Origin: Cyanophora paradoxa CCMP329
Taxonomy: Eukaryota > Plantae > Glaucophyta
DNA: 64,000 bases
Direction: 5' to 3'
Assembly (NCBI GenBank): GCA_004431415.1
Contig: QPMI01000503.1
Span: forward strand, 62,001 to 126,000
The position numbers were made by a program, and so were the translations under genes. Positions 61,126 through 64,000 of the stretch are shown here, piece after piece (position 1 is the stretch's first letter; each line of letters opens with the position of its first letter). The notes under the pieces were generated by a model. That model was not told where the DNA came from. It saw nothing but the letters and a program-made list of their open reading frames with translations, and ran no database searches.

Positions 61126-61992
61126 GTCGTAATCGCAACGTTAACTTAGCTATAGTAACTCTGATTCCGATCGTAATCGCAACTCTGATTCCGATCGTAA
61201 TCGCAACTCTAGATCTAATTCTGATCGTAATCGCAACTCTAATTCTGCTTTTTCTCTATATCGCTTCAAATTGAAGAATTAAGAAATTCCCCCCCCCTCC
61301 CCCCTCCCCTCCCCCCCCACCCCACCCACCACAAACACACACACACACCTCTGTGACTCTGCTGGAGGGGCACTGCAGCTGTCAGGCTGTGCAGCCACTG
61401 AGCCAGGCTACAGCTAGCCCCAGCCCAGCTTGCAGTGCCATAATCATTCAATGCCATGATGATTCAACTATTGAATGTACATGTTATATATGTTATGCCT
61501 CGTCAACATCACTGTTGTCGCCCTCCCATGGAGCTGCATACGGTGCGATTTCAGAGAGCTTGTGATCCCGATGCATGTCCATTATTCTCAGATTCCCGCC
61601 GAAGTCTGGCTTGAGGAGTCGCCCCAGATCGGATGGCGGTAGGCAGTGCCCCCCGAATCAGCGGGGAGCCTGTGCAGTGCCACAGGAAAGCGACCTCCAG
61701 CAGGCGACACTCGCTCAGAGCCTCCGCCTCTTCCACTGAGAGCGAAGTCTGCCGAGGATCGGTCTGCAGCTGCAGCCTGGCAGAGGAAGGCTGCAGACAA
61801 GGCGCACCAGAGAACAGCGCTCATACGACCAAGTCTGCAGAGCATGCCCGCCTGCCGGTGCAAGCTCCGCAGCCTCAGGAGAGCCGACTGGCTTCAAGAA
61901 AACAATATGCAATAACTGTAAAGACCCTTAAGTACTTGAACAAGAAAGGGTAATAAGAAAAGCAATTCGAATTCGGACGGCTGGACGAATTC

Positions 61993-62177
61993 GAAAGTTG
62001 GACGAAAGTTGGACGAAAGTTGGACGAGTTGGACGAAAGTTGGACGAAAGTGGAACGAAAGTTGAACGAAAGTGGAACGAAAGTTGAACGAAAGTTGGAC
62101 GAAAGTTGAACGAAAGTTGGACGAAAGTTGGACGAAAGTTGGACGAAAGTTGGACGAAAGTTGGACGAAAGTTGGAC
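61993..62177. repeat. 11-bp minisatellite (GAAAGTTGGAC)x~17 with variants
   Basis: Direct read; followed by 24-bp AACTCTGATTCCGATCGTAATCGC repeats to ~62300. Confidence 0.95.
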
Positions 62178-62849
62178 GTCGTAATCGCAACGTTAACTTA
62201 GTAACTCTGATTCCGATCGTAATCGCAACTCTGATTCCGATCGTAATCGCAACTCTGATTCCGATCGTAATCGCAACTCTGATTCCGATCGTAATCGCAA
62301 CTCTAGATCTAATTCTGATCGTAATCGCAACTCTAATTCTGCTTTTTCTCTATATCGCTTCAAATTGAAGAATCGTAATCGCAGATCAAAGCTAAGACAT
62401 CCTAATCATAGTAATTATGATCGTAATTGCAGATCTAGATGAAGGACGCCCTAGCTAATCGCGATCGTAATCGCAGATCAAAGCTAAGACGTCCTAATCA
62501 TAGTAATTATGATCGTAATCGCAGATCTAGATGAAGTACGACCTAGCCCTCAGCCTAGAAAGTGCAAGTTTTGCTCAGCACGCGGTTTGGCATGCTCTCG
62601 GCACAATGAAAATCTCATGTTCAACATGTATGAAACCTTGCACAGCTACCGCATCGCTCGAACAGGGCGAATGCCAGTATGCGTAGCATGGGACTTCATT
62701 CCCAGTGCAGGAGATGCACGGACAAGCTGAGCAGGGGGTGATGGCGCCCGCTTGGTCCCGCCGATATCGGCTCTTAGCTCTCAGCTCCCAGCCCGCCGCA
62801 ACCGGTACCGTGATTACGATCGTACTTCGGATCGTAATAGTAATCGTTC

Positions 62850-64000
62850 TCTGCTGCATAGCTAGAAGGGCCTTGCATAGGCCGCCAAAAGGACCCCTTG
62901 CATTCAGTTTAATGTGAAGTCTCCGAAGAAGGTCGAGCTTGAGGGAGACGAGACTTTCCAGCGCCTGCTTGCCAACCTGCAGACAGTCATTTGGAAGGCA
63001 CTGGGGGCCAGAGGCCAGAGGAAATTAAACGGGCTACCTTTATGGACAGGTCCTCAAGCTTTGGGAGGTGCCCTTCTGCAAAGGCCTTCATGGCGGCAGG
63101 GCCAACTTCTCCGTGAAACATGTGCAGCTCCCGGAGCTCGGACAGCATAGGGATAGCCACGTTCTTTGGTGGGTAATGAATCCGAAGATGTGTCAAAGGA
63201 AGCAGCATCAGCTTCTGCAGAGCCTTTCGATTGCCACAAAGTTCGTTTAGCTTGAGGGACTGGAGCTTTGGAAGTGCACGTGCAATGTAGCCCAAGTGAT
63301 GTTCTTTAATCTCCACTGATTCAGGGAGAGTCAACACTTCGAGCTCTGAGAAAATAGTGAGAGAAAGAGGCAAGAGGATGGAGCAAGAACAGGAGTATGG
63401 AGAGGATGCATGCACACGTGGGAAAGGACTGAGGAGAGCGTACAGCTGCTTGGTCATGTGTCCATCACGGCATCTTACATCCGGGAAGTCGAACTCCCCG
63501 GCATCTTACATCCGAGGAAAACCTGCATTGGTAACGTCTAAAGCACCTGTGCAGGCTCCGACGAACAGCTCCTCATACCAGTTTTGGTTGTCGTAACTGT
63601 CATCCTCATCCTCACTGTCATCTTCGCTTGCCTCCCATCTTCCGAATGCACAAATGCTGACGGAAGCCAGGGGGCTAGCATGCGCGAGAGTGCCGAGCAC
63701 GCGAAGGGCAGCCTCGCCGCATATTGTGCCACGGAAGAACCAGCAATTGATGTAAAGATCGAGCTCCAGACGCTCGACACCGGTGACAAGTCCAGCGCGT
63801 GCTGCACCAGCCATTGCCTCCAGCTGCAGCTGCATCTTGAGCTGTTCTGCTTCGAGCTCTTCCGCGCTCACAGGGATGCCGCGAAAGCTGATCGTGCCCC
63901 ACTTGACGGCGCCAGACTTGAACAGGCGGTAGAGCCGTCTCGACACCATCCAGAGACGCGACTCGCAGATCGCCTCGACCGAGCCGACGTTCTGTATGAT
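62850..64000 (-). CDS. F-box/LRR-like protein, 5' end outside window, 3' end runs into repeat
   Basis: F-box-like tail LWMVSRRLYRL..VKWGTISF; LRR-like LEVLTLP..LPKLQSLKL..LRELHM..LPKLEDLSI. Confidence 0.55.

Larger units (their letters stand above)
60998..62848. mobile_element. Large composite member of modular repeat family (terminus A ... module B) with minisatellites and enclosed unique DNA
   Basis: Terminus A 60998-61042; direct-repeat blocks 61043-61279 and 61987-62373; ~80-bp tandem duplication 62374-62535; module B 62762-62848. Confidence 0.65.

Overview
GC-rich eukaryotic nuclear DNA with dense genes and many short (~50-70 nt) spliceosomal introns. Two plastid-type N-terminal presequences carry an early Phe (MEAFV..., MAFA...) and there is an axonemal dynein LC1 gene, which suggests a flagellated primary alga, most likely a glaucophyte such as Cyanophora (inference). 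Recognisable genes: two-RRM hnRNP/Musashi-like protein, HAUS6-like, PUFA-type fatty acid elongase, ALB3, START+GRAM protein, small SET protein, V-ATPase D, VPS50, STN1/RPA2-like OB protein, PPAN/SSF1, DNAL1, RRP43, SPT small subunit, a clan-7/51-like P450 and an F-box/LRR-like gene. The centre (24.4-46.6 kb) holds a TPR-PB1-LOTUS-CSD-CCCH-MA3-RING gene. Its ~0.9 kb intron hosts a SNORD36/snR47 snoRNA and a tandem array of four structured box C/D RNAs whose D-box guide is antisense to the U6 snRNA ACAGAGA box; this is the top finding. The 3' half of this gene, a polyQ Mug135-like gene and the 5' end of PPAN are amplified as a five-unit tandem array, and one unit carries an 851-bp insertion with a 14-bp target-site duplication. 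Intergenic DNA contains a modular repeat family with one sharp conserved terminus, GATCGTAAT-rich minisatellites and adjacent headless gene fragments. Exon structures were inferred by eye and no database searches were run.
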